Positions 1-11,027 of a stretch of 64,000 nucleotides of DNA are shown here, one piece after another (position 1 is the first letter of the stretch; each line of letters starts with the position of its first letter). The DNA lies in NCBI GenBank assembly GCA_964410515.1, contig CAYPGW010000003.1, positions 15,102 through 79,101 on the forward strand. The letters are read 5' to 3'. A model generated the notes under the pieces. That model was not told the origin of the DNA, did not search any database, and saw only the letters and a list, made by a program, of their open reading frames with translations. This DNA comes from an uncultured Sangeribacter sp. (lineage in GTDB: Bacteria > Bacteroidota > Bacteroidia > Bacteroidales > Muribaculaceae). Made by a program: the position numbers and the translations under genes.

Positions 1-57
1 TTATCAGAGAAGTAGCCGGCCGGCCAAGATACCGGCAAGCATAAAGCATCATCAGAC

Positions 58-648
58 ATGAAACAGAAATTCGACATCATAACAAGCACATGCGTTCCCC
101 TTCCGCTTGAGAACGTAGACACCGACCAGATCATACCCGCGCGTTTCCTAAAGGCCACTACCCGAGAAGAAAGTTTCTTCGGAGAAAACCTGTTCCGCGA
201 CTGGCGCTATAACCCCGACGGCACACTCAACGCCGACTTTGTGCTCAACGATCCCACCTACTCCGGCTCCATTCTCGTGGCCGGCAAGAACTTCGGCAGC
301 GGATCAAGCCGCGAACATGCGGCGTGGGCGATAGCCGGATACGGCTTCCGCGTCGTGATCAGCAGCTTTTTCGCCGACATTCACAAAAACAATGAGCTCA
401 ACAATTTCGTGCTCCCGGTTGTGGTGAGCGAAAGGTTCCTGAAGAATCTTTTCGACTCAATCGCAGCCGATCCGGCTACAGAGGTGGAGGTGGATCTCCC
501 AAACCAGAAAGTGACCAATAAAGCCACCGGTGAAAGCGAGAGGTTCGAGATCAACGGCTATAAGAAGTATTGCCTCATGAATGCCCTCGACGATATTGAT
601 TTCCTGCTCGAAAACAAAGAAAAGACCGAGGCCTGGGAGAAAAGATGA
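58..648 (+). CDS. leuD: 3-isopropylmalate dehydratase small subunit
   Basis: ENVDTDQIIPARFL and GKNFGSGSSREHAAWA motifs. Confidence 0.97.
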   Translation: MKQKFDIITSTCVPLPLENVDTDQIIPARFLKATTREESFFGENLFRDWRYNPDGTLNADFVLNDPTYSGSILVAGKNFGSGSSREHAAWAIAGYGFRVVISSFFADIHKNNELNNFVLPVVVSERFLKNLFDSIAADPATEVEVDLPNQKVTNKATGESERFEINGYKKYCLMNALDDIDFLLENKEKTEAWEKR

Positions 649-2156
649 AAGAGATAGAGATCATGGACACGACGCTGCGCGACGGAGAGCAGACCTCCGG
701 CGTGAACTTCGTGCCTCATGAGAAACTGATGATAGCCCGGGCTCTGCTGCAAGACCTCAATGTAGACCGCATCGAGGTGGCATCGGCACGTGTGTCAGAC
801 GGTGAGAAGGAGGCTGTGAGCCTCATCTGCCGATGGGCGAGACGCGAGGGGCTTCTCCATAAGGTGGAGGTACTCGGATTCGTCGACGACGGAGTCTCAC
901 TCTCATGGATACGCGACTGCGGATGCACCAACATCAATTTGCTATGCAAGGGATCGGAGAATCATTGCCGAAATCAGCTCGGAAAGACTCCTGAAGAGCA
1001 TTTCGCCGACATAAAGAGAAACGTGGCTCTGGCTCACGACATGGGCATCAACGTCAATATTTATCTCGAAGACTGGAGCAACGGAATCAGGAACTCTCCT
1101 GAATATGTGCACCTGATGATGCGCACACTAAAGGATATCGGAATAAGACGCTTCATGCTGCCCGACACCCTCGGCATCCTCAATCCGCTCGAGATGCTCC
1201 AGTATATGCGCAAGATGACGAAACTCTATCCCGGACTGCACTTTGACTTCCACGCCCACAATGACTATGACCTGGCCATATCGAATGTGCTTGCCGCTGT
1301 GCTTGGAGGATGCAAGGGCATCCACACGAGTGTGAACGGGCTCGGAGAGCGGGCCGGCAACGCCCCGCTCGCAAGCGTGCAGGCGATATTGAAAGATCAG
1401 TTCAACGCGAAGACCAGCATTCATGAAGACCGGCTCAACGATGTGAGCCGGCTCGTGGAGAATTATTCGGGCATAGCCATCCCACCCAACCGTCCGATCA
1501 CCGGCGAGAGCGTCTTCACCCAGGTGGCCGGTGTGCATGCCGACGGCGACAACAAAGCCAATCTCTACTGCAACGCCCTGCTTCCCGAACGCTTCGGAAG
1601 GCGCAGGGAATACGCACTGGGCAAGAACAGCGGGCGCGCCAACGTACTGAAAAATCTGGAGGAGCTCGGTCTGGAACTGACTCCTGAACAAACCCGTCTG
1701 GTCACCAACAGAGTTATCGAGCTCGGCGACAAGAAGGAAGTGGTGACTCAGGAAGACTTGCCGTTCATAGTCTCAGACGTGCTCCGAACCGAAGGACAGA
1801 AGGAAGACGTGAAACTTCTGAGCTATATGGTGACCACGGCCCACGGTCTGCAGCCTATGGCCTCGCTGAGCATCGAGATCGAAGGCTCCACCTACGAGGT
1901 CTCGGCCAAAGGCAACGGCCAGTTTGACGCATTCGTGAAGGCACTGCGCAGGCTTTATGAGGAAAAACTCGGACGCGATTTCCCCCAACTGACAAACTAC
2001 GCCGTCAGCATCCCGCCCGGCGGCCGCACCGACGCCCTTGTGCAGGCAGTGATCACCTGGGAACTGCACGATAAAATCTACCGCACCCGCGGCCTGGACG
2101 CTGACCAGACAGAGGCCGCCATGAAAGCCACCATCAAAATGCTCAACCTTATCTGA
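645..2156 (+). CDS. cimA: Citramalate synthase / 2-isopropylmalate synthase family (DRE-TIM metallolyase with LeuA-type regulatory domain)
   Basis: DTTLRDGEQ, HAHND, GLGERAGN motifs; follows leuD with ATGA overlap as in Bacteroidales leu clusters; cimA versus leuA assignment is inferred. Confidence 0.8.
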   Translation: MKEIEIMDTTLRDGEQTSGVNFVPHEKLMIARALLQDLNVDRIEVASARVSDGEKEAVSLICRWARREGLLHKVEVLGFVDDGVSLSWIRDCGCTNINLLCKGSENHCRNQLGKTPEEHFADIKRNVALAHDMGINVNIYLEDWSNGIRNSPEYVHLMMRTLKDIGIRRFMLPDTLGILNPLEMLQYMRKMTKLYPGLHFDFHAHNDYDLAISNVLAAVLGGCKGIHTSVNGLGERAGNAPLASVQAILKDQFNAKTSIHEDRLNDVSRLVENYSGIAIPPNRPITGESVFTQVAGVHADGDNKANLYCNALLPERFGRRREYALGKNSGRANVLKNLEELGLELTPEQTRLVTNRVIELGDKKEVVTQEDLPFIVSDVLRTEGQKEDVKLLSYMVTTAHGLQPMASLSIEIEGSTYEVSAKGNGQFDAFVKALRRLYEEKLGRDFPQLTNYAVSIPPGGRTDALVQAVITWELHDKIYRTRGLDADQTEAAMKATIKMLNLI

Positions 2157-2189
2157 AGTCTCAGTCATGATGCTTACACATGTTTTTTA

Positions 2190-2223
2190 GCCCGATTATG
2201 CACCAATATTTGCATAATCGGGC
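2190..2223. promoter_or_regulatory. Perfect 13-bp inverted repeat overlapping the carB promoter -33 element
   Basis: GCCCGATTATGCA-ccaatatt-TGCATAATCGGGC; TTTG at 2209-2212 and TAATTTTG at 2233-2240 (20 nt apart). Confidence 0.6.
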
Positions 2224-2269
2224 AAAAAGCATTAATTTTGGAAAAAATTTCATATTTCAACATCGAACG

Positions 2270-5200
2270 ATGAAAAAAGTATTGCTACTCGGCTCCGGAG
2301 CCCTCAAGATCGGGCAAGCGGGCGAATTCGATTATTCCGGCTCACAGGCCCTGAAGGCACTTAGGGAAGAAGGAATAGAATCAGTTCTCATCAATCCCAA
2401 CATTGCTACAATCCAGACATCAGAAGGCGTTGCCGACAAGGTGTATTTCCTTCCGATCACTCCGGAATTCGTGGAGGAAGTCATCAAGAAAGAACGTCCC
2501 GACGGTATTCTGCTCGCTTTCGGCGGCCAGACAGCACTCAACTGCGGCACTCAGCTATACCTTGACGGCACTCTTGAGAAATATGGCGTAACGGTGCTCG
2601 GCACATCCGTAGAGGCTATAATGATCACCGAAGACCGAGACCTCTTCGTGAAGAAGCTTGACGAAATCGACATCAAGACTCCCGTCTCGGAAGCAGTGGA
2701 GACACTCGACGACGCCATAAGGGTAGCACACCGCATCGGCTATCCGGTGATGGTGCGCTCGGGCTACGCTCTCGGCGGCCTCGGCTCAGGCATCTGCAAC
2801 AACGATGAGGAATTCATCAAGCACTGTGAGAGCGCCCTCGCTTATTCCAAGCAGATACTTGTGGAGGAATCGCTCAAAGGCTGGAAAGAGATCGAATTCG
2901 AGGTGATCCGCGACAAAAACGACCTCTGCTTCACAGTGGTGCCGATGGAAAACTTCGACCCGCTGGGCATCCACACAGGCGAGAGCATCGTGGTAGCTCC
3001 CATCGTCTCGCTCAAACCCGAGCAGATAAAGATGCTTGAGGAGATTGCCACCAAAGTGGTGCGCCATATCGGAATTGTGGGCGAATGCAATATTCAGTAT
3101 GCCTTCAACGCCGAGACCAACGACTACCGCATCATCGAGATCAACGCGCGCCTGAGCCGCAGTTCGGCACTCGCGTCGAAGGCCTCGGGCTATCCACTCG
3201 CTTTTGTGGCAGCCAAACTCGCATTGGGCTATACCCTCGACCAGATAGGCGAACCCGGCACTCCCAACTCCGCGGCAAAGGCTCCTTCGGTTGACTACAT
3301 GATTGTGAAGATACCGCGTTGGGATCTCTCTAAATTCGCGGGTGTAGACCGTGAGATAGGCAGCTCCATGAAATCTGTGGGCGAAATCATGTCGATAGGC
3401 AAATCGTTTGAGGAAATAATGCAGAAAGGCCTCCGCATGATCGGCCAGGGAATGCACGGCTTCGTAGGCAACAACGATTTCCACGTTGACGACCTCGAGC
3501 ATGCCCTCACCCACCCCACCGACTCACGCATCTTCGCCATAGCCCAGGCCCTTGAGGAGGGCTACACTCCCGAGAAAGTGGCAGAACTCACTAAGATCGA
3601 CATCTGGTTTATCGACCGGCTCAACAACATAGTGCAGTTCGCGCGCAAACTCAGCGAACGCGGCGGCTCGGTGAGCGACCTCGACAAAGAAACGCTGACC
3701 GAAGCCAAGAAACTCGGCTTCTCCGACTTCCAGATAGCCCGCCTTGTGGAGAATCCTTCGGGCAACATGGAGGCCGAGATGCTGAAGGTACGCAACCGCA
3801 GAAAGGAACTCGGCATCACTCCATGTGTGCGCCGCATCAACACTGTGGCATCCGAATATCCGGAACTCACAAATTATCTCTACGTCACATACGGCGCTGA
3901 CGAGAACTCCATACGCTACGATCTGAACGCACGCAACAACATCATCGTGCTCGGCTCAGGTGCCTACCGCATAGGCAGCTCGGTTGAATTCGACTGGTGC
4001 TCGGTCAATGCCGCCACCACAGCGCGCAAGCTCGGATATAAGGCGGTGATGATCAATTATAATCCCGAGACTGTATCCACCGACTATGACATGTGCGACC
4101 GCCTCTATTTCGACGAATTGAGTTTCGAGCGCGTCATGGACATAATCGACCTCGAGACTCCCTACGGCGTGATAGTGAGCGTGGGCGGCCAGATACCCAA
4201 TAATCTGGCAATGAAACTCTACCGCAGCCATGTGCCGGTGCTCGGCACCAGCCCGGTTTCGATCGACCGCGCCGAGAACCGTCATAAATTCTCTGCAATG
4301 CTCGATCAGCTCGGAATCGATCAGCCGCGCTGGAAGGAGCTGACCACAGAGGAGGAGATACACAAATTCGTGGAGGAAGTAGGATTTCCCGTTCTCATCC
4401 GCCCCAGCTACGTGCTTTCGGGAGCAGCAATGAATGTCTGCTACGACTACGAGCAGATGCATGAATTCCTTGGTCAGGCCACCAAAGTGTCGAAAGAATT
4501 CCCGGTGGTGATCTCCGAATTCCTCGAAAACACAAAAGAGATTGAGTTCGACGCCGTGGCACGCAACGGCAAGATCGTGGAATACGCCATCTCCGAGCAT
4601 GTGGAATATGCCGGCGTTCACTCAGGCGACGCCACACTCGTATTCCCCGCTCAGCGCATATATATGGCCACTGCACGACGCATAAAGCGCATCAGCGCCC
4701 GCATCGCTGAGGCTCTTAACATCTCAGGCCCCTTCAACATTCAGTATCTCGCAAAAGACAACTATGTGAAGGTGATAGAATGCAACCTCCGCGCCTCACG
4801 CTCGTTCCCCTTCGTCAGCAAAGTTCTGAAAAAGAACTTCATCGACACCGCTACGCGGATAATGCTCGGTGAAAAGCCCGCTGTGGTAGACACCTCCACT
4901 TTCGATATTGACTATATCGGCGTGAAGGCCTCACAGTTCTCTTTCGCACGCCTCCACAAGGCTGACCCGGTGCTCGGTGTCGACATGTCATCGACAGGTG
5001 AGGTAGGATGCCTCGGACGAGATTTCGATGAGGCGCTTCTCAACGCAATGATCTCTGTGGGCCACCACGTGCCTGAGAAGGGCATACTCGTAAGCTCGGG
5101 CGATGCAAAAGGAAAGGCAAGCCTTCTCGAAGCATGCCGGCTCCTCGCTTCGAAAGGATATCCCATCTACGCCACACACGGCACCTGCACATATCTGGAA

Positions 5201-5473
5201 CAGAATGGTGTGAAGGCAATTCCCGTGAGCTGGCCCGACGAAGAGGGAGAATCAGTGCTCGACGTCATTTCGCAGCATAAGGTAGACCTCGTGATCAACA
5301 TTCCGAAGAACCACACCAAGCGCGAACTGACCAACGGCTACAAGATACGCCGTGCGGCCATCGACCACAATATTTCGCTTCTCACCAACGCGCGCCTCGC
5401 CCTTGCCTTCGTAAAGGCTTTCGTGTCGCGCCCCGTAGAGAGCATCGGCATCACTGCATGGCAGGAATATTGA
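2270..5473 (+). CDS. carB: Carbamoyl-phosphate synthase large subunit
   Basis: MKKVLLLGSGALKIGQAGEFDYSG start, duplicated ATP-grasp halves, C-terminal MGS domain; start moved to ATG 2270. Confidence 0.97.
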   Translation: MKKVLLLGSGALKIGQAGEFDYSGSQALKALREEGIESVLINPNIATIQTSEGVADKVYFLPITPEFVEEVIKKERPDGILLAFGGQTALNCGTQLYLDGTLEKYGVTVLGTSVEAIMITEDRDLFVKKLDEIDIKTPVSEAVETLDDAIRVAHRIGYPVMVRSGYALGGLGSGICNNDEEFIKHCESALAYSKQILVEESLKGWKEIEFEVIRDKNDLCFTVVPMENFDPLGIHTGESIVVAPIVSLKPEQIKMLEEIATKVVRHIGIVGECNIQYAFNAETNDYRIIEINARLSRSSALASKASGYPLAFVAAKLALGYTLDQIGEPGTPNSAAKAPSVDYMIVKIPRWDLSKFAGVDREIGSSMKSVGEIMSIGKSFEEIMQKGLRMIGQGMHGFVGNNDFHVDDLEHALTHPTDSRIFAIAQALEEGYTPEKVAELTKIDIWFIDRLNNIVQFARKLSERGGSVSDLDKETLTEAKKLGFSDFQIARLVENPSGNMEAEMLKVRNRRKELGITPCVRRINTVASEYPELTNYLYVTYGADENSIRYDLNARNNIIVLGSGAYRIGSSVEFDWCSVNAATTARKLGYKAVMINYNPETVSTDYDMCDRLYFDELSFERVMDIIDLETPYGVIVSVGGQIPNNLAMKLYRSHVPVLGTSPVSIDRAENRHKFSAMLDQLGIDQPRWKELTTEEEIHKFVEEVGFPVLIRPSYVLSGAAMNVCYDYEQMHEFLGQATKVSKEFPVVISEFLENTKEIEFDAVARNGKIVEYAISEHVEYAGVHSGDATLVFPAQRIYMATARRIKRISARIAEALNISGPFNIQYLAKDNYVKVIECNLRASRSFPFVSKVLKKNFIDTATRIMLGEKPAVVDTSTFDIDYIGVKASQFSFARLHKADPVLGVDMSSTGEVGCLGRDFDEALLNAMISVGHHVPEKGILVSSGDAKGKASLLEACRLLASKGYPIYATHGTCTYLEQNGVKAIPVSWPDEEGESVLDVISQHKVDLVINIPKNHTKRELTNGYKIRRAAIDHNISLLTNARLALAFVKAFVSRPVESIGITAWQEY

Positions 5474-5494
5474 TCTGAACCTCAGCATAGAACC

Positions 5495-5535
5495 GAAACC
5501 CCGGAGTGTCGCAACTTCGGGGTTTCTATTGTTTT
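5495..5535 (+). terminator. Intrinsic terminator after carB
   Basis: GAAACCCCGGAG-tgtcgcaa-CTTCGGGGTTTC followed by TATTGTTTT. Confidence 0.85.
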
Positions 5536-5675
5536 AAAATCATTATTATTTCTTCGTGGGCATAACGTCATTTACGTTTTTAGAAGTGCAAGAAGGCTCC
5601 GGAAAATATCTGCTTTTTCTGTGGAATTTATATAAAATAACGGATAATTTTTTTGTGAAAATCAAAATATTTTTG

Positions 5676-5683
5676 TAATTTTG
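5676..5683 (+). promoter_or_regulatory. Bacteroidetes -7 promoter element for the rho operon
   Basis: TAATTTTG followed by CA in AT-rich intergenic DNA, with TTTG about 20 nt upstream. Confidence 0.7.
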
Positions 5684-5873
5684 CAGGGTAAACCTATCGA
5701 CACGAGTGATTGCAGACTTTACGACAATCAGCATCACAACTTCCACATTGAGATTCCCGGCTCGTTGATTCACACTATTTCAGAATAATTGCGGCCATCT
5801 CTTATCATCAAACACATTAAGCGAACAACCCAAATTATTTCCCATTTCGGGAAAAATCCCCATTGATATACTT

Positions 5874-7970
5874 ATGTTCACATACGAAGAACTGAATTCC
5901 TGGGAAGACGCGCGTCTTCAAAAGACAGCGGAAGAATACGGCATGAAGAATACCGGCTCCGCCACTCATGAAGAGCTTATATTTCACATCATCGACAATG
6001 CAGCCGCTACCACTGCAAAAGAGATGACGAAACCCGGACGCAAGCGCAAGACTGCTGATGCAGCCACAGCTCAGGAAGGAGAAACTGTTCAGCCCAAGAA
6101 AAGGGGCAGGAAAGCAAAAGCAAAGACAGAAGAAGAAAATATAGCCGAGGTTGCGACTCCGGAAGAAACCGAGGTCACAGCCACTGAGACACCTGAGAAG
6201 CCGACTCCAAAGAAGCGCGGCAGGAAGTCGAAGAGCGAACTTGCCGCTATCGCGGCTCAGCAGGCAGCAGAGGCTCAGCAAGCCGAGGCCAAGACAAATG
6301 ATGCTCCCGCCGAAACGACTGCCGAAGCGGAACCTCAGCCGCAACCCAAGAAAAGGGGAAGGAAACCTTCAAAGTCAAAACAGCCCGAGAGCGCGGAGCA
6401 GCCCGCTGAGACGGCTGCAGCCCCCACTCCTGATACTCCCGCAACGGTTGAAGACCAGCCGCAAGAACCGGCTACGGGCGACAACCAGCAACCCCAGGGC
6501 AAGTTTAAGAAGCGTAATCCCAACCAGCACAGCAGCGATGGCTTCGACAGTTTCTTCGGCAACTCAAAGGGACGCACTTTCAAGCCGCGCAACGCTCAAG
6601 ACAATCAACCCGAACCTCAACCGCTGCCGGAGCAGGGCGCTGAGCAGGCTCCCGTGCAGCCGGAACCGCAGATGCCCATACTGATAGCAGAGCCCGGCGC
6701 CAACTCTCAGTTTACGAAAGCCAACCTCATGCCCAATTCTTACGGCAACGGCCAGGGCAACAAGCATCTCTCCAAGCGCCAGCGCGCCCTTGAGAGGAAG
6801 CAGATGATGCAGCAGAGGCGCCAGATGATGCAGCAGGAAACCATATTTGACTTCGACGGCATTCTGAATACATACGGAGTGCTTGAGATCATGCCGGAAG
6901 GCTTCGGATTTCTCCGCTCAAGCGACTATAACTATCTTGCTTCGCCCGACGACGTGTATGTGTCGCAGATTCAGATCAAGGAGTATGGTCTGAAATCGGG
7001 CGATGTAGTGGAGGCTGCCATTCGTCCGCCACGCGACGGCGAAAAATATTACCCACTCTGCAAGGTACTGAGTGTCAATGGCCTCTCCCCCGACGTGGTG
7101 CGCGACCGCATTCCTTTCGAGCATCTCGTGCCGCTGTTCCCGGATGAGAAATTCAATCTCACGGCAGGACGGACTTGCAACATATCGACGCGAGTGGTAG
7201 ACATGTTCGCACCTATCGGCAAGGGGCAGCGCGCGCTCATCGTGGCTCCGCCGAAAACCGGAAAGACAATTCTGCTCAAGGATATAGCCAACGCCATCGC
7301 GGAGAATCACCCGGAGACATACATCATAATGCTCCTGATCGACGAGCGCCCCGAGGAGGTGACCGACATGGCACGAAGCGTAAACGCGGAGGTGATCGCA
7401 TCTACATTCGACGAGCCGGCCGAGCGCCATGTGAAGATAGCCGGCATAGTCCTCGAGAAAGCGAAGCGACTTGTGGAGAGCGGCCACGATGTGGTGATCA
7501 TGCTCGACTCCATCACTCGTCTGGCCCGCGCCTACAACACGGTTAGCCCGGCATCAGGCAAGATTCTATCCGGTGGTGTGGACGCTAATGCCCTCCAGAA
7601 ACCGAAACGATTCTTCGGTGCAGCGCGAAATATTGAGCATGGAGGCTCACTCACCATCATAGCTACAGCCCTCACCGAGACTTCGAGCAAGATGGATGAG
7701 GTGATATTCGAGGAATTCAAAGGCACCGGCAACATGGAACTGCAGCTCGACCGCAAACTCAGCAACAAGCGCATATTCCCGGCCGTAGACATCATTGCAT
7801 CCTCAACCCGCCGCGACGACCTGCTGCTGAGCGAAGAAGTGCTCAACCGCATGTGGGTGCTCCGCAACTATCTGAGCGACATGACCTCGGTGGAAGCCAT
7901 GGAATTCATGAAAAAGCGCATGGACATGACCCGCACCAATGAGGAACTTCTCGTCACCATGGATAAATGA
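5874..7970 (+). CDS. rho: Transcription termination factor Rho with a long N-terminal disordered insertion
   Basis: GFGFLRS RNA-binding motif, APPKTGKT Walker [24 protein letters not shown]. Confidence 0.98.
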   Translation: MFTYEELNSWEDARLQKTAEEYGMKNTGSATHEELIFHIIDNAAATTAKEMTKPGRKRKTADAATAQEGETVQPKKRGRKAKAKTEEENIAEVATPEETEVTATETPEKPTPKKRGRKSKSELAAIAAQQAAEAQQAEAKTNDAPAETTAEAEPQPQPKKRGRKPSKSKQPESAEQPAETAAAPTPDTPATVEDQPQEPATGDNQQPQGKFKKRNPNQHSSDGFDSFFGNSKGRTFKPRNAQDNQPEPQPLPEQGAEQAPVQPEPQMPILIAEPGANSQFTKANLMPNSYGNGQGNKHLSKRQRALERKQMMQQRRQMMQQETIFDFDGILNTYGVLEIMPEGFGFLRSSDYNYLASPDDVYVSQIQIKEYGLKSGDVVEAAIRPPRDGEKYYPLCKVLSVNGLSPDVVRDRIPFEHLVPLFPDEKFNLTAGRTCNISTRVVDMFAPIGKGQRALIVAPPKTGKTILLKDIANAIAENHPETYIIMLLIDERPEEVTDMARSVNAEVIASTFDEPAERHVKIAGIVLEKAKRLVESGHDVVIMLDSITRLARAYNTVSPASGKILSGGVDANALQKPKRFFGAARNIEHGGSLTIIATALTETSSKMDEVIFEEFKGTGNMELQLDRKLSNKRIFPAVDIIASSTRRDDLLLSEEVLNRMWVLRNYLSDMTSVEAMEFMKKRMDMTRTNEELLVTMDK

Positions 7971-8476
7971 TGAAGATTCAGAAGACCAACGCCGCGCGTC
8001 TGCTCGATAAGGAAGGCATCAGTTATGAACTGGTGCCATACTCTTTCGACCCCGATAATCTGGCCGCCGAACATGTGGCCGAGCAACTCGGCGAGCCGAT
8101 AGAGCAGGTCTACAAGACCCTCGTGCTGCGTGGTGACAAGACCGGGCTCTTCGTGTGCGTGGTGGCCGGAAACCGCGAGGTAGACCTGAAACTGGCGGCC
8201 AAAGCATCGGGCAATAAGAAAGCGGAGATGCTTCCGCTGAAGGAACTCCTCCCTAACACGGGCTACATCCGGGGCGGATGCACCTCTATCGGGATGAAGA
8301 AGCATTATCCCACATATTTCAGCGAAGAAATGGCCGCTTTCGATACAGTTTACGTCAGCGCGGGCCAGCGCGGGCTGCAACTCAAGCTTTCGCCGCTCGA
8401 TCTGGCGAAGGCTGCCAAGGCCACTTTCGCCCGCATAGCCGACACTGAAGAATCATCTGACACCGAAGAAATATGA
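7967..8476 (+). CDS. ybaK: Cys-tRNA(Pro) deacylase YbaK/EbsC
   Basis: [33 protein letters not shown] motifs. Confidence 0.93.
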   Translation: MMKIQKTNAARLLDKEGISYELVPYSFDPDNLAAEHVAEQLGEPIEQVYKTLVLRGDKTGLFVCVVAGNREVDLKLAAKASGNKKAEMLPLKELLPNTGYIRGGCTSIGMKKHYPTYFSEEMAAFDTVYVSAGQRGLQLKLSPLDLAKAAKATFARIADTEESSDTEEI

Positions 8477-9462
8477 ACACGTTCGGAAGAAATCTGCGCC
8501 TGACCACCTTCGGCGAAAGCCACGGAAAAGCGATGGGAGGCATCATCGACGGAGTGCCCGGAGGAATACACCTCGACATGGACGCCATTCTGCGCGAGAC
8601 GGCTCGCCGACGTCCCGGACAGAACAGTCTCGTCACCGCACGTAACGAGGCCGACACTCCGGAATTCCTCTCGGGCCTCACCGACGACTGCGTGACGCTC
8701 GGCACCCCGATAGGCTTCATAGTGCGCAACACCGACCACCGGAGCGATGACTACCGCGAGATGGCGAGGCTCTACCGCCCCAATCACGCGGATTTCACCT
8801 ACGACATGCGCTATGGACTGCACGAGGCCAGAGGCGGAGGCAGGGCATCGGCGCGCGAGACGCTAAACTGGGTGATCGGAGGCGCGATAGCACGTCAGAT
8901 TCCCTGCATGCGCGACATTAAGATAGCTGCCCGCGTGGTGGAGATTGGAGGTGTGAAAGGCACTGACGAGGAACTCCACGCAGTTGTAGCCGAGGCCATG
9001 AGGCGGGGTGATTCCGTAGGTGCGATAGTGGAGTGCGTCATAGAAGGTGTTCCCGCCGGAAAGGGAAATCCGGTATTCGGGAAACTCCACTCACGTCTTG
9101 CTGCGGCCATGATGAGCATAAATGCCGTGAAAGGCTTTGAATATGGCGACGGATTCGCGGCCGCAGCTATGTATGGCACGCAGCATGCCGACATATTCAC
9201 AAGCAAAGATGGCCATATCATGACCGAGACCAATCACAGCGGGGGCATTCAGGGAGGAATCAGCAACGGAATGCCCATCACATTCCGCGTGGCCTTCAAG
9301 CCTACCCCCACACTACTGCAAGATATCCGCACTGTCGACGCCGAAGGGCACGAGGCCACACTGAAAGGACGCGGCCGCCACGACGCATGTGTGGCCCTGC
9401 GAGGCGTGCCGGTGGTAGAGGCAATGGCAGCACTCACAATCTGCGATGAACTCTTGGTATAA
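8473..9462 (+). CDS. aroC: Chorismate synthase
   Basis: TFGESHG, RPNHAD, GGGRASARET, GGIQGGISNG, GRHD motifs. Confidence 0.97.
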   Translation: MNTFGRNLRLTTFGESHGKAMGGIIDGVPGGIHLDMDAILRETARRRPGQNSLVTARNEADTPEFLSGLTDDCVTLGTPIGFIVRNTDHRSDDYREMARLYRPNHADFTYDMRYGLHEARGGGRASARETLNWVIGGAIARQIPCMRDIKIAARVVEIGGVKGTDEELHAVVAEAMRRGDSVGAIVECVIEGVPAGKGNPVFGKLHSRLAAAMMSINAVKGFEYGDGFAAAAMYGTQHADIFTSKDGHIMTETNHSGGIQGGISNGMPITFRVAFKPTPTLLQDIRTVDAEGHEATLKGRGRHDACVALRGVPVVEAMAALTICDELLV

Positions 9463-10339
9463 GGATTTCAGCGAATACATGGGAGAGATATTTCCCGGCG
9501 TCAAAGTTCAGAAATTGAGCATTGACGCCGGGTTTACATGTCCCAACCGCGACGGGAGCATCGGCACGGGAGGTTGCATCTACTGCAACAACGCCTCTTT
9601 CACACCATCCTATTGCAACCCGAGCGACAGCGTGGAGATGCAGATAGAGAAGGGAAAGGCCTTTTTCGGCAGAAAATATCCCGAAATGAAATATCTTGCC
9701 TATTTCCAGAGTTACACCAACACTTTCGGAAGAAGCGTGAAGAGCCTTGCGGAAATGTATCGTAAGGCAGCCTCTACCGAAGACGTGGTGGGCGTAATCA
9801 TCGGCACCCGGCCCGACTGCATACCCGACGAATTGCTGGAAGCCCTTTCGGAACTCAATAAGGAAAAACCGGTAATCGTGGAGATCGGGGCGGAGACCTC
9901 TTCAGACATTACCCTGCGCCTGATCAACCGCAACCACACATGGAGGCAGGTGGAGGAAGCGGTGACAAGGCTTCATGCCGCAGGCATACGCAAAGGGCTT
10001 CATCTGATAGCCGGACTTCCCGGCGAGTCGCCGGAAGATGTCATAGATACTGTGAAGAAGGCCTGCACGCTCCCCATAGAATCAATCAAGATGCACCAGT
10101 TGCAGATAGTGGAAGGCACTCCCCTGCTTCGCAAATGGGAGAAAGGAGAGATCGACGTAAGGCCGTTCACACCTGAGGAATATCTTGAACTCTGCGTCAG
10201 GATAGTCAGGACAGTGCCCCGTCACATCTGCATAGAGCGATTTCTCGCCTCCTCGCCGCCCGGTATGGTAGTGGCACCACGCTGGGGCATGAAAAATTAC
10301 CAGTTCACCCATCTGCTCCTGAATCGACTTGCAGAGTAA
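9446..10339 (+). CDS. TIGR01212 (YhcC-like) radical SAM protein
   Basis: AGFTCPNRDG..GGCIYC cysteine motif, YFQSYTNT, IGTRPDC. Confidence 0.9.
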   Translation: MNSWYKDFSEYMGEIFPGVKVQKLSIDAGFTCPNRDGSIGTGGCIYCNNASFTPSYCNPSDSVEMQIEKGKAFFGRKYPEMKYLAYFQSYTNTFGRSVKSLAEMYRKAASTEDVVGVIIGTRPDCIPDELLEALSELNKEKPVIVEIGAETSSDITLRLINRNHTWRQVEEAVTRLHAAGIRKGLHLIAGLPGESPEDVIDTVKKACTLPIESIKMHQLQIVEGTPLLRKWEKGEIDVRPFTPEEYLELCVRIVRTVPRHICIERFLASSPPGMVVAPRWGMKNYQFTHLLLNRLAE

Positions 10340-10346
10340 TTCCCTC

Positions 10347-11027
10347 TCAATCCTCCACCGAGAGAATATATCCTTTCTTCTTGATGGAGATGATCTGGAT
10401 TTTCGGATCGGACAGCAGCCGTCGGATATAGGAGATCTGCACGTTAAGAGCCAAAGAATTGGAATAACTGGCCACTCCCCAAATTCTTTCCAATATGACG
10501 TCGCGCTCCACAAGATGCCCGGCGCACTCGGCAAGCATCTGCAGAATCTCGGTCTGACGCACCGATAAAGAATGCGTCTCTCCCCGATAAGTGACAGTGG
10601 AAAGATTTGGCCTGAAGATAGTGTCGCCGAGCACGTACTCCACATCCTGACTCACTGTGGCACTGTCGAATCTCTCATGAATCCTCGCTATAAGCTCTTC
10701 CGGATAAAACGGCTTGGGTATGTAATCATTACCCTTCAGCGAGAAGCCGTGCAGACGGTCTACCTTATCCGTGCGATCCGTGAGAAAAAAGATGACAACC
10801 CTCCTGTCGGTCTTCCTGATGATTCTGGCCGTCTCGAAACCGTCGAGTTCCGGCATATTTATGTCGAGAAGTATGAGGTCAGGGCGCTCAGCTGCATACA
10901 TCTCCAGCCCCGACCTTCCATTTTCGGCATATATCACTTCAAAGCCCTCAGCCTCGACAAAACGCTTCAGGAGCATGGAATTTTTCAGATCGTCGTCAAT
11001 CAGCAGTATCTTGATTTTTTTCATCAT
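10347..11027 (-). CDS. OmpR/PhoB-family response regulator
   Basis: Receiver IDDD/LLDINMP/KPF plus C-terminal winged helix; start 11027 overlaps the kinase stop (ATGA). Confidence 0.93.
   Translation of the reverse strand: MMKKIKILLIDDDLKNSMLLKRFVEAEGFEVIYAENGRSGLEMYAAERPDLILLDINMPELDGFETARIIRKTDRRVVIFFLTDRTDKVDRLHGFSLKGNDYIPKPFYPEELIARIHERFDSATVSQDVEYVLGDTIFRPNLSTVTYRGETHSLSVRQTEILQMLAECAGHLVERDVILERIWGVASYSNSLALNVQISYIRRLLSDPKIQIISIKKKGYILSVED

Noticed and set aside
1-57. 3' end of leuC
   Set aside because: Plausible from context, but the short fragment shows no diagnostic motif
2180-2269. N-terminal extension of carB
   Set aside because: It spans the palindrome and promoter; the conserved CarB start is at 2270
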